Both the position numbers and the translations under genes were made by a program. Positions 8,267 through 16,390 of a DNA stretch of 32,000 nucleotides are shown here, piece by piece. The stretch covers positions 5,460,001-5,492,000 of the forward strand of contig NZ_LN831024.1 in the NCBI RefSeq assembly GCF_001457615.1. The letters are read 5' to 3'. The notes under the pieces were generated by a model, which saw only the letters and a list, made by a program, of their open reading frames with translations, did not search any database and was not told the DNA's origin. This DNA is from Pseudomonas aeruginosa (GTDB lineage: Bacteria; Pseudomonadota; Gammaproteobacteria; Pseudomonadales; Pseudomonadaceae). Within the stretch, counting starts at the first letter, position 1. Each line of letters opens with the position of its first letter.

Positions 8267-8305
8267 TTTCCTGCAACCCTTTCCCACCACGACAGGAGCA
8301 CTACC

Positions 8306-8845
8306 ATGGAACAGCCCGGCCGCGAAGATCGCCTGAACGCCTGGATCGCCACCGAACGGGCCGCCCGCGCCCGCCTCGGCGCCAGCGGAACCCTGGAGCT
8401 GGCGCAAGTCGCCGCGCTCTCCCCGCAGGAGTTCTTCGACCGCATCGGCAGCGGCCAACTGCCCTGTCCGCCCTACGGCGAACTGGTCGACTTCGTTCCC
8501 ATCGAGTGGTCCGAAGGGCGCTTCCTGTTCCAGGGCACCCCGGACCGCCGCCACTACAATCCGCTGGGTAGCGTGCACGGCGGCTACGCCGCGTCGCTGC
8601 TGGACTCCTGCATGGGCTGCGCGATCCATACCCGGCTCCAGGCCGGCCAGGGCTATACCACCACCGACCTGCGGATCAGCTACCTGCGCGCGCTGACCGA
8701 CAAGGTCGGCCCGGTGCGTGCCGAAGGCCGGGTGGTGCACCTCGGCCGCTCGACGGCGGTCGCCGAGGGCCGGTTGTACGATGTCGACGACCGTCTCTAC
8801 GCCGTCGGCTCGACCACCTGCCTGGTCCTGCACATGGCCGGATGA
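8306..8845 (+). CDS. PaaI-family (hotdog fold) thioesterase
   Basis: Track ORF 8240..8845(+). I prefer the ATG at 8306 (MEQPGRED...), with AGGAG upstream. Motif NPLGSVHGGYAASLLDSCMGCA is typical of PaaI/4HBT-type hotdog thioesterases. Confidence 0.85.
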   Translation: MEQPGREDRLNAWIATERAARARLGASGTLELAQVAALSPQEFFDRIGSGQLPCPPYGELVDFVPIEWSEGRFLFQGTPDRRHYNPLGSVHGGYAASLLDSCMGCAIHTRLQAGQGYTTTDLRISYLRALTDKVGPVRAEGRVVHLGRSTAVAEGRLYDVDDRLYAVGSTTCLVLHMAG

Positions 8846-8912
8846 ACGCGGCTTCGCCAGGGAAGGCCGCCAGGCGTTAAGATGACGACCTGCATTCCAA
8901 GGTATCGAAGCC

Positions 8913-9473
8913 ATGCGTTATCCCGAAGACCACAAGCAGAAGACCCGCCGGCGTATCGTCGAGGAGGCTGCCCGGCTGTTCCGCCAGGACGGCGTCGGCG
9001 CCACCGGGCTGCAACCGCTGATGAAGGCCCTGGGCCTGACCCATGGCGGCTTCTACGCGCACTTCAAGTCCAAGGACGACCTGGTGGAAACCGCGTTGCG
9101 GCATGCCGCGGCGCAACTCGACGAAATCACCGCGCCCCTGGCGGAGGCGGAACGACCGCTGGCGCTGCTGATAGAGCAGTACCTGTCGCCGCGTCACCGC
9201 GATAACCCCGGCGCCGGCTGCCCGTTGCCGACCCTGTCGGCGGAACTCGGCCAGCGCGGCACGCCGAGCCCGACCACCGACAGCATCGTGCGCAAGCGCC
9301 TGGCGATGATCGAAGCGGCCCTGGAGGGCGAGGACGCAGGCGAGCGCGCCGTGCTGCTGCTCGCTTCGCTGGTCGGCGCGCTGCAACTGTCGCGCAGCGT
9401 GCAGGATGAGGCGCTGTCGCAACGGATACTGGAAGCGACGCGCAAGAAGCTGCTGGAGCAGATGGAGCGCTAG
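8913..9473 (+). CDS. TetR/AcrR family transcriptional regulator
   Basis: 186-aa ORF. The N-terminal HTH IVEEAARLFRQDGVGATGLQPLMKALGLTHGGFYAHFKSKDDL is the canonical TetR signature. Confidence 0.9.
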   Translation: MRYPEDHKQKTRRRIVEEAARLFRQDGVGATGLQPLMKALGLTHGGFYAHFKSKDDLVETALRHAAAQLDEITAPLAEAERPLALLIEQYLSPRHRDNPGAGCPLPTLSAELGQRGTPSPTTDSIVRKRLAMIEAALEGEDAGERAVLLLASLVGALQLSRSVQDEALSQRILEATRKKLLEQMER

Positions 9474-9477
9474 GGCC

Positions 9478-10275
9478 TCAGCCGAGGTAGCGCTCGGCCG
9501 GCCGCTGCCGCGACAGATTGGGCGCGAGCCTGGCCCGCGCCGTCATCAGCGCCTGCCAATCGGCCGCATCCGGCAACGACGGGATGGTCACCGCTTCACG
9601 CCGATCGAAACCGACCAGCGCTGCCTCCACCAGATCCTCGACCTCCATCACCATCTCCGCGGGAATCCCGGCGATTCCGGCGCCGCTGCGCTCCCAGATC
9701 TCGGTACGGGTGACGCCGGGCAGCACCGCCTGGACGTAAACGCCGCTGCCGGCCAGCTCGTGCTGCAGCGACTGGCTCAGGCTCAGCACGTAGGCCTTGG
9801 TCGCGCTATAGACGGCATTGAACAACTCCGGCGCCAGCGCCACCACCGAACCAAGGTTGACGATGGCGCCGCCGCCACGCCGGCGGAACCCCTCCGCCGC
9901 GCCGGCAGCCAGGCGGGTCAGGGCCACTACGTTGAGGGCGATCATCCGCTCCGCCCGGTCCATGTCGGCATCGGCCAGCGGACCGTTCATCGCCACGCCG
10001 GCGTTGTTCACCAGCAACGCGATCGAGGCGTCGTCGCGCAACCGTCGCTCGACCCGCAATCTATCGTCGCGCTCGGACAGGTCGGCGCGCAGGATCTCCA
10101 CCCTGACCCCGTGGGCTTGGCGAAGTCGATCCGCCAGGGCTTCCAGGCGTTGCCGGTCGCGCGCCACCAGCAACAGGTCGTGGCCACGGCGGGCCAAGTG
10201 CTCGGCGTAGGTCGCGCCGACTCCGGAAGAGGCGCCGGTGACCAGGGCGACGCCATTGCCAATCTGTTCGTTCAT
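9478..10275 (-). CDS. Short-chain dehydrogenase/reductase (SDR) family oxidoreductase
   Basis: Track ORF 9478..10332(-), trimmed to MNEQIGNGVALVTGASSGVGA (TGxxxGxG) at complement 10273-10275. The catalytic YSATK (YxxxK) motif is present. Confidence 0.9.
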   Translation of the reverse strand: MNEQIGNGVALVTGASSGVGATYAEHLARRGHDLLLVARDRQRLEALADRLRQAHGVRVEILRADLSERDDRLRVERRLRDDASIALLVNNAGVAMNGPLADADMDRAERMIALNVVALTRLAAGAAEGFRRRGGGAIVNLGSVVALAPELFNAVYSATKAYVLSLSQSLQHELAGSGVYVQAVLPGVTRTEIWERSGAGIAGIPAEMVMEVEDLVEAALVGFDRREAVTIPSLPDAADWQALMTARARLAPNLSRQRPAERYLG

Positions 10276-10337
10276 GTGGGTTCTCGCTGGAAAAAAGCCT
10301 GACCGCTGACAGCGGCTGTTTATATTACACACTTAAT

Positions 10338-10351
10338 ATTATGACCATAAT
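10338..10351. promoter_or_regulatory. Candidate TetR-type operator, site 2 (ATTATGACCATAAT), in the SDR / hemolysin-III divergent promoter region
   Basis: Near-perfect inverted repeat ATTATG-ac-CATAAT in an AT-rich island, 63 nt upstream of the SDR ATG. It is closely related to site 1 at 8253-8266. Confidence 0.45.
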
Positions 10352-10505
10352 TAAAACCGTCAAGCCTTTATCCGTTCCAACGAGCAGGGAGGGATGAGGA
10401 AAACCTTCATGCAACCGTCACGGAAAACGCCAATAAAAGGTCAGGACCCACACCACCCCGACATGCCCTACCATGGCGTTGTCTATCGCGGGAGGATCAT
10501 GCGTC

Positions 10506-11123
10506 ATGTATCACGGTGAAAGACTCAATGCCTGGACCCACCTGATCGGTGCGGTCGCCGCCTGTACCGGCGCCGTCTGGCTGACGGTCCAGGCGAGCCT
10601 CAACGGCAGTCCGTGGAAGATCGTCGGGGTCGGCGTCTACGGCGTCACCCTGACGCTGCTCTACAGCATCTCGACCGCCTACCACAGCGTGCGCGGGCGA
10701 GCGAAGGTGGTGATGCGCAAGCTCGACCACCTGTCCATCTACCTGCTGATCGCCGGCAGCTACACGCCTTTCTGCCTGGTCACGCTGCGCGGTCCCTGGG
10801 GCTGGACGCTGTTCGGCATCGTCTGGGGCCTGGCCGTGCTCGGCATGCTCCAGGAGATCAAGCCACGCTCCGAGGCGCGGGTGCTGTCGGTGGTGATCTA
10901 CGCGGTGATGGGCTGGATCGTGCTGATCGCGGTGAAACCGCTGCTCGCCGCCCTCGGCAGCGCCGGCTTCACCTGGCTGGCGGCCGGCGGCGTGCTCTAT
11001 ACCGTAGGGATCGTCTTCTATGCCTATGACCACCGCTTCCGCCACTGGCATGGCATCTGGCACCTGTTCGTGATCGCCGGCAGCCTCCTCCACTTCGTGG
11101 CGATCTGGCGCTACGTACTCTAG
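10506..11123 (+). CDS. Hemolysin III / PAQR family membrane protein
   Basis: Track ORF 10473..11123(+). I prefer the ATG at 10506 (MYHGERLNAWTHLIGAV...), the usual N-terminus for this family, with GGGAGGA upstream. It has seven hydrophobic segments and conserved His residues (HxxxH near the C-terminus: HWHGIWHLF). Confidence 0.85.
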   Translation: MYHGERLNAWTHLIGAVAACTGAVWLTVQASLNGSPWKIVGVGVYGVTLTLLYSISTAYHSVRGRAKVVMRKLDHLSIYLLIAGSYTPFCLVTLRGPWGWTLFGIVWGLAVLGMLQEIKPRSEARVLSVVIYAVMGWIVLIAVKPLLAALGSAGFTWLAAGGVLYTVGIVFYAYDHRFRHWHGIWHLFVIAGSLLHFVAIWRYVL

Positions 11124-11130
11124 GCGCGGT

Positions 11131-11163
11131 CCGGCGCGAAGCAGCGGGAGCTGGTCGCGCCGG
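11131..11163. terminator. Long GC hairpin between convergent hemolysin-III and cntI genes (putative bidirectional terminator)
   Basis: CCGGCGCGA-ag-CAGC-ggga-GCTG-g-TCGCGCCGG gives 9 + 4 bp. There is no clear U-tract. Confidence 0.4.
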
Positions 11164-11167
11164 AGGC

Positions 11168-12022
11168 TCAGCCCTTCTTCGTCCGCGACAGCGCGATGCA
11201 CGCCACCACGATCAGCACGCCGCCGGCGATGGTCAGCGCGTCCGGCACCTCGCTCCAGAACAGCCAGCCCCAGCCGGCGTTGAAGACGATGCCGATATAG
11301 CGGGTCACCGCAACGATGGTCGCGCTCTCGTGACTGAAGGCGCGGGTTAGGAACACCTGGCCGAGTAGCGATACGACCCCGATGGCCAGCAGCAGCCCCC
11401 ACTCGCGCAGCGTCGCCGGCACCACGAAGTCGTTCCACATCAGCGGGATGGCCACCAGGGTGGCCACCGCCAGGAAGTAGAAGACGATCTCGTAAGTATG
11501 GTGCCGCGCGCTCAGTTGGCGGATCGCCACCGAGGCACCGGCGGCGAACACCGCACTGAGCAGGCCGACCACGGCGTATACCGAGTAGCTGGAATAGCTG
11601 AACGGCTTGACGATCATCAGCGCGCCGAGCACCACCACCAGCAACAGCCAATAGACCGCCCGGGGAATCCGCTCGCCGAGGAACAGCGCGGAGAAGAGGA
11701 TGACGAAGAACGGCGACATGTGCGCCAGGATGCTCGCGTCCGCCAGCGGGATATGGGCGATGGCGTAGAAATAGCAGACCAGGTACAGCGCCCCCATCAC
11801 CCCGCGCACCAGCAGCATCGGCACGCCCTGGCGCGACAGGGCGACACCGGCCTGGCGCATCAGCAGATAGATCAGCAGGGTACCGATGGCGCTGCGGAAG
11901 AACACGATCTCGGCAGCCGGCAGGGTGGCGCTGGCTTCCTTGACCAGGGCGTTCATCACGCTGAAGGTGAAGGACGCCAGCACCGCCAGCAGCACCCCGC
12001 TCTTCAGCAGGTCGAGCACCAT
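11168..12022 (-). CDS. cntI: EamA/DMT-family inner-membrane exporter of pseudopaline (CntI)
   Basis: This is the C-terminal 284 aa of track ORF 11168..13042(-), starting at [20 protein letters not shown] (ATG at complement 12020-12022). It has ten hydrophobic helices and a duplicated EamA-like architecture, and is the last gene of the cnt operon. The upstream extension in the track overlaps cntM out of frame and is spurious. Confidence 0.9.
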   Translation of the reverse strand: MVLDLLKSGVLLAVLASFTFSVMNALVKEASATLPAAEIVFFRSAIGTLLIYLLMRQAGVALSRQGVPMLLVRGVMGALYLVCYFYAIAHIPLADASILAHMSPFFVILFSALFLGERIPRAVYWLLLVVVLGALMIVKPFSYSSYSVYAVVGLLSAVFAAGASVAIRQLSARHHTYEIVFYFLAVATLVAIPLMWNDFVVPATLREWGLLLAIGVVSLLGQVFLTRAFSHESATIVAVTRYIGIVFNAGWGWLFWSEVPDALTIAGGVLIVVACIALSRTKKG

Positions 12023-13305
12023 TGGCGATAGATGGCGTCCGCCGCCGGACGGCTGTCGATCGGATACAGGCTTGGATGGCACTGGCTCGCTCCTTGGCAA
12101 TCGATGAATCGGGACACGGCGTTCTCGTAGCTCGCCAACAGGCTGCGCGCCTGCGGCATGGCCAGGTCGAAGTGGGCGGCCAGCGCGACGATCAGCGCCA
12201 GCTTGCGATAGTCCTCCAGCGGCACCCGCGGGAGCCGCCAGAGTCCGTCTTCGTCGCGACTGACGCGGCGGAACGGCACGGCGGAAAAGTCGAAGTGGCG
12301 ACCCTGCTCGTCGGCCGGAGAGAACGGATCGACCAGCAACGCCGCGTAGCGCACGAACAGCAGGTATTCCTGGCGCTCGGCGCCGGCCTCGGCGAAGCCG
12401 TCGATGGCCGCGCGCGGCAGCATCGTCTCGTGCACCGGGTAGTTGTCGTCGTTGAGGAACCGCAGCAGGTTCAACGGCTCGGCGCCCATCCGCCGCAACA
12501 GTTCGCTCAGCTCGCACCACAGCCGCCGCATGGCGCCAATGGCCCCGGGGGTGATAGGTCCCTCCGGGTAGAGCTTGTACATGAAACCGGGCGGCCCCTG
12601 CTCGGAAAGTATCCGGGCGAGGGCGAACTCGCCGAGAAAGAACGGACTGTGCACGTAGGTGGTGACGTTGCGGCCCTCCGCCGCTTCCGGCGTCGCCAGG
12701 GGTACCACCTCCACCCCGCTGCCGGCCAGGACTCGCCGCCAGGTCTCCCGCGCCGGGCAGTCCGGCCGGCTGGAACCCAGGTAGACCCTGCGCTTGACCG
12801 CCTTGGTCAGGGCCCGCAGCGGTTGTGTCTCGTCGATCACCTTGGTCGCCGCGTAGTAGCTGGACAGGCTCAGCACGGTCGCCTGGCACCCCGCCGGCAG
12901 GGCGCTGCGCACCAGCAGGTTGGCGCCGATGAAGGCGGACACCAGCAGCAGCGTGCGCACCCCGCCGAGTTGCTCCCAGGGCAACCCGCGGACCACGTCC
13001 AGGTAGCTGTCGGCCGGCACGCAGAGCACCAGGGTCTGCCAATCGTCGCGAAGCTCAGCGGGGTCCTGGTGGAAGACGTCCAGCGCGGCGTTGCCGGACA
13101 GCCAGCGATGCTGCCCCTGCCCTTCCAGCTGCAGGCAGGCGCCGCGCGCCAGGGCCTCGGCGATCCGCTGGCTGCGCCGGCCGGGATGGTTCAGCGCGCC
13201 GAGGCGACCGGCACCGTGGCGGCGCAGGTCCAGCGCGACCTGGATCGCCACCGCGCCCAGACCGACCAGCAGGACGTTGCCCAGGCTCTCATCAGCGGCA
13301 TTCAT
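12004..13305 (-). CDS. cntM: Opine (pseudopaline) dehydrogenase CntM
   Basis: Track ORF 12004..13656(-), trimmed to [27 protein letters not shown] (Rossmann-like N-terminus) at complement 13303-13305, giving 433 aa. Its start overlaps the cntL stop (ATGA). It belongs to the staphylopine/pseudopaline dehydrogenase family. Confidence 0.92.
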   Translation of the reverse strand: MNAADESLGNVLLVGLGAVAIQVALDLRRHGAGRLGALNHPGRRSQRIAEALARGACLQLEGQGQHRWLSGNAALDVFHQDPAELRDDWQTLVLCVPADSYLDVVRGLPWEQLGGVRTLLLVSAFIGANLLVRSALPAGCQATVLSLSSYYAATKVIDETQPLRALTKAVKRRVYLGSSRPDCPARETWRRVLAGSGVEVVPLATPEAAEGRNVTTYVHSPFFLGEFALARILSEQGPPGFMYKLYPEGPITPGAIGAMRRLWCELSELLRRMGAEPLNLLRFLNDDNYPVHETMLPRAAIDGFAEAGAERQEYLLFVRYAALLVDPFSPADEQGRHFDFSAVPFRRVSRDEDGLWRLPRVPLEDYRKLALIVALAAHFDLAMPQARSLLASYENAVSRFIDCQGASQCHPSLYPIDSRPAADAIYRQWCSTC

Positions 13306-14093
13306 CGACCGGCCTTCTCCAGGATCAGGGTGTCGTACAGCGGCTGGCTGACCCGCTCCGCGCAAACCCGCCAGCCCTCCAGTTCGGCCGGTTCCACCGG
13401 GTAGTTGAACAGTCCCTTGATGCCGCTGCCGTGACGCAGCAGGACCTTGGCGTCGGCGCGCATGACCTGGCGGATCTGCGCCAGCACCGCGCTTTTCTGC
13501 TGCACCAGCGAAGCGATCAGGAAATGCGTGGCATCGCGGGAAAACGCCAGTTCCGCCGGCGGCAGCGAGGAAAACTGCATGCGCGCCTCCAGCCCCTGGC
13601 AGCGGGCGATCTCGCGGGCACAGCCCAGGGCCTCCTCGTCGATGTCCAGGCAGCACAAATGTGCGCCGACCTCCCGCGCCAGCACCAGGGCCGAGGTCGG
13701 CAGGGCACCGGAGCCGACGAACAGGACCCGTGCATCGGCATCTATCCCGGCGCTGTCGAGTTCGCCGCGGATGGATTCCAGCAGGCTACCCAGGTAGCGG
13801 CCCATCTCGCCGGGTTCATGCAGCACGCCCTGGCAAAGGTGCTTCTCCAGTTCGCAGAGGGCCTGCACCGCCGCGTCGCGCAGGCGCAGGCCGAGCGCCT
13901 GCAACGCAGGATCGTCCGAATCGGCCTGCCACTGCGCCCGGCTGCAATCCTCCCCGATCAGTCCGCTCAGACGGTCGAGCTTGCGCCTGAGGATCTCGTA
14001 GCAGCCGCAACACTCGCGGGCATAGACGGTGAGCAGGCGAATCTCGCATTCCAGTTCGCGGAGGGTTTCCAGCAGCGGTGTGCGTCCTTGCAT
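13302..14093 (-). CDS. cntL: Nicotianamine-synthase-like enzyme CntL (SAM-dependent aminobutyrate transferase)
   Basis: 263-aa ORF with AGGAAG 8 nt upstream. It has an SAM-binding Rossmann-like segment ([18 protein letters not shown]...CLDIDEEAL) and sits between cntO and cntM. Confidence 0.92.
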   Translation of the reverse strand: MQGRTPLLETLRELECEIRLLTVYARECCGCYEILRRKLDRLSGLIGEDCSRAQWQADSDDPALQALGLRLRDAAVQALCELEKHLCQGVLHEPGEMGRYLGSLLESIRGELDSAGIDADARVLFVGSGALPTSALVLAREVGAHLCCLDIDEEALGCAREIARCQGLEARMQFSSLPPAELAFSRDATHFLIASLVQQKSAVLAQIRQVMRADAKVLLRHGSGIKGLFNYPVEPAELEGWRVCAERVSQPLYDTLILEKAGR

Positions 14094-14122
14094 GGCATGG
14101 CTTCCTGGCGGCGGTAGAGGGC

Positions 14123-16249
14123 TCAGTAGTTCAGGGTCAGGCTCATGGTCAGGTTGCGCGGCTCGCCGGGGGCGACCCAGACGTTGTTATAGGAACGCTC
14201 GTAGTAGCGACGATCGAAGAGGTTGTTGACGTTCACCCCGAGGGTGGCATTGCTCGCCAGCGGATAGCGCGCGAGCAGGTCGACGGTGGTGTAGGCCGGC
14301 AGTTCGAAGCCGCTGTCGCTGCTGTCGCCGGCGCGCTCGCCGACATAGTTGACCGCCGCGCCGGCATCGGCGCCGTGCAGCCAGCCTTCGCGGAACTCGT
14401 AGACGCCCATCAGGCTGCCGCTGTGCTTCGGCACGTTGAGCAGGCGGCTGCCGCGAGCGATGTTCTCATCCTTGGTCACTTCGGCGTCGATATAGGCGTA
14501 GGCGCCGATCAGCCGCAACTGCTCGGTGAGCTGGCCGCTGAACTGCAGGTCGAAGCCCTGGCTGCGCGCCTCGCCGGCGGTCTGCTGGTAACCGGGATTG
14601 CTCGGGTCGGCGGTGAGCACGTTCTTCTTTTTCAGGTGGAACGCGGCGAGGGTCATGCCCAGCCGGCCATCGAGCAGGTCGAGCTTCACCCCCGCCTCGT
14701 AGCCGCGCCCCTCCTCCGGGTCGAAGGCCTTGCCGGCCATGTCGGTACCGCCATTGGGCTTGAAGGATTTCGAGGCGTTGGCGAACAGGCCGACCTCCGG
14801 GGTCGCCTGGTACAGCACGCCGATGCGCGGGGTGGCGGCACGCTGGGTCTGCTGCGAGCTGGTGTCGCGGAAGCGGCCATTGTTCAGGCGCGTGGCGTTC
14901 ATGTCCTGGCGGTAGCGGTCGAAGCGCACGCCGAGCAGGCCGCGCCATTTCTCGCTGAACTCGATCTGGTCCTGCAGGTTGAGGGCCATCGCGTCGACTT
15001 CCTCGTGGTTGCGGTCGTCGCGTCCGAAGGGTGGTTTCGGCTGGCCGTAGACCGGCCGGCGGATGTCGATGGCATAGGGGTTGCGCGACGGGATGCTACG
15101 CAGGATCAGTTCGTCGTTGTGGTAGCGCTCGTACTCGAGGCCCATCAGCAACTGGTGGCGGATCGAGCCGGTATGGAGGTCGCCGAGCAGGTCGAGCTGG
15201 GTGATGCTGTCGTGCCACTCGAAGTCGCGGTAGCGGTACTCCCGGCGCAGGCTGTAGCCGTCGGCGGCGAGGCTGGAGTTCTCCGAGGCGTAGCCGTCCA
15301 GGTGGCCATGCTTGTAGTGGCTGGCCAGGCGCAGGCTCCACTGCTCGTTGAAGTGATGGCGCAGGGTGGCCTGGAGGGTTTCGTTGTTGTTGTCGATCTT
15401 GCCGTCGTCCGGTTCGCCGAAGAACCGCGAGCGCGGCAGGCTGCCCAGGTGGTTGTGCGGCGCCACGGTGCCGCGGTCGAAGACCTGGCGGTTGCGCACC
15501 ACCTCGGCTTCCACCAGCAACGAGGTGTCCGGGTCCAGTTGCCAGCTGAACGATGGCGCCACCAGCAGGCGCTGGCCGTCGGCGTAGTCGCGGAAGCCCT
15601 TGCTGTCCTCCACCGCCAGGTTCATCCGGTAGAGCAGGTCGCCCTCTTCGTCCAGCGGCGTGTTCAGGTCCAGGGTCGAGCGGTAGCGGTCCCAACTGCC
15701 GGCGCTGGCATGCAGGCGGGCGAAGCGCTCGGCCTGGGGCTTCTTGGTCACCAGGTTCACCGTGCCGCCGGGATCGCCGCGCCCGTAAAGGCTGGAGGCC
15801 GGTCCCTTGAGGATTTCCACGCGCTCGATGGTGGCGCTGTCCGGGGCGTTCATATAGCCGCGGTTGGCGCTGAAGCCGTCGCGGTAGAACTCCGAAGTGG
15901 TGAAGCCACGGACGTTGTACTCGAACATCGTCAGGCCGCCGAAGTTGTTCTGCCGCGAGACCCCGCCGGCGAAGTCCAGCGCCCGTTCGATACGAGCGCT
16001 GTCAAGGTCGTCGAGCACCTGGCGCGGCACCACGCTGATGGCTTGCGGGATGTCCTCGATACGGGTGTCGGTGCGCGTCGCGCTGGCCGTCCGATTGGCC
16101 CGGTAGCCCTGCACCGGGCCCGCCGCGCGCTCCGCTTCGGCGGTGACAGTGAGGACCTCAAGCTCCGCGGGACTTTCCGTTTCCGCCCAGAGCGCCGGAC
16201 TGCTGCAACCGAGGCCGACACCGAGGACAAGCGACACACTGACTCTCAT
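14123..16249 (-). CDS. cntO: TonB-dependent outer-membrane receptor for pseudopaline-metal complexes (CntO/ZrmA)
   Basis: Track ORF 14123..16261(-) begins with GTG. I prefer the ATG at complement 16247-16249 (MRVSVSLVLGVGLGCSSPALWA signal peptide). It has a TonB-box-like ELEVLTVTA, a plug domain and a C-terminal ...MSLTLNY barrel terminus. The choice of start is uncertain by 4 codons. Confidence 0.92.
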   Translation of the reverse strand: MRVSVSLVLGVGLGCSSPALWAETESPAELEVLTVTAEAERAAGPVQGYRANRTASATRTDTRIEDIPQAISVVPRQVLDDLDSARIERALDFAGGVSRQNNFGGLTMFEYNVRGFTTSEFYRDGFSANRGYMNAPDSATIERVEILKGPASSLYGRGDPGGTVNLVTKKPQAERFARLHASAGSWDRYRSTLDLNTPLDEEGDLLYRMNLAVEDSKGFRDYADGQRLLVAPSFSWQLDPDTSLLVEAEVVRNRQVFDRGTVAPHNHLGSLPRSRFFGEPDDGKIDNNNETLQATLRHHFNEQWSLRLASHYKHGHLDGYASENSSLAADGYSLRREYRYRDFEWHDSITQLDLLGDLHTGSIRHQLLMGLEYERYHNDELILRSIPSRNPYAIDIRRPVYGQPKPPFGRDDRNHEEVDAMALNLQDQIEFSEKWRGLLGVRFDRYRQDMNATRLNNGRFRDTSSQQTQRAATPRIGVLYQATPEVGLFANASKSFKPNGGTDMAGKAFDPEEGRGYEAGVKLDLLDGRLGMTLAAFHLKKKNVLTADPSNPGYQQTAGEARSQGFDLQFSGQLTEQLRLIGAYAYIDAEVTKDENIARGSRLLNVPKHSGSLMGVYEFREGWLHGADAGAAVNYVGERAGDSSDSGFELPAYTTVDLLARYPLASNATLGVNVNNLFDRRYYERSYNNVWVAPGEPRNLTMSLTLNY

Positions 16250-16268
16250 GGGAAATCGCACCAGAAAA

Positions 16269-16287
16269 GAAATGATATACTATAACG
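16269..16287. promoter_or_regulatory. Zur box (zinc uptake regulator operator) in the cntO / DUF1624 divergent promoter region
   Basis: GAAATGATATACTATAACG. The left arm GAAATG.TATA and the central TATAAC match the gammaproteobacterial Zur consensus GAAATGTTATAWTATAACATTTC as I recall it; the right arm is degenerate. It lies 20 nt upstream of the cntO ATG and abuts a TACAAT -10-like hexamer (16311-16316) facing the + strand gene. Confidence 0.75.
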
Positions 16288-16390
16288 CTACCAGTTCGAT
16301 TCCGGCCTCGCAATACAATGCCCGGCTCTATCTCGCGTCTCGCCGCCAGGCTGTGATACTCATCCCTCTTTTCCGACGACCAGCCCAGCC

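Noticed and set aside
8846-8912. Third copy of the TetR operator motif between the thioesterase and tetR genes (TAAGATGACGACCTGCATT)
   Set aside because: It shares ATGAC and ACC but needs an insertion to align and lacks the inverted-repeat arms, so this is likely chance similarity.
10394-10519. 41-codon ORF (MRKTFMQPSRKTPIKGQDPHHPDMPYHGVVYRGRIMRHVSR) overlapping the hemolysin-III start
   Set aside because: The GGGAGGG sits directly against the ATG, so the spacing is too short. Codon usage is AT-rich at third positions, unlike real genes here. It is probably non-coding promoter or 5' UTR sequence.
11168-13042. 624-aa ORF that appears to fuse a long N-terminal region to the EamA transporter, and similar N-terminal extensions of lpd3 (to 8445), speA (to 19818), cntM (to 13656) and the membrane-protein gene (from 30203)
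   Set aside because: The extensions overlap the neighbouring real genes out of frame, are Arg/Pro/Gly-rich, and lack ribosome-binding sites. Internal ATGs with SD sequences reproduce the family-typical N-termini.
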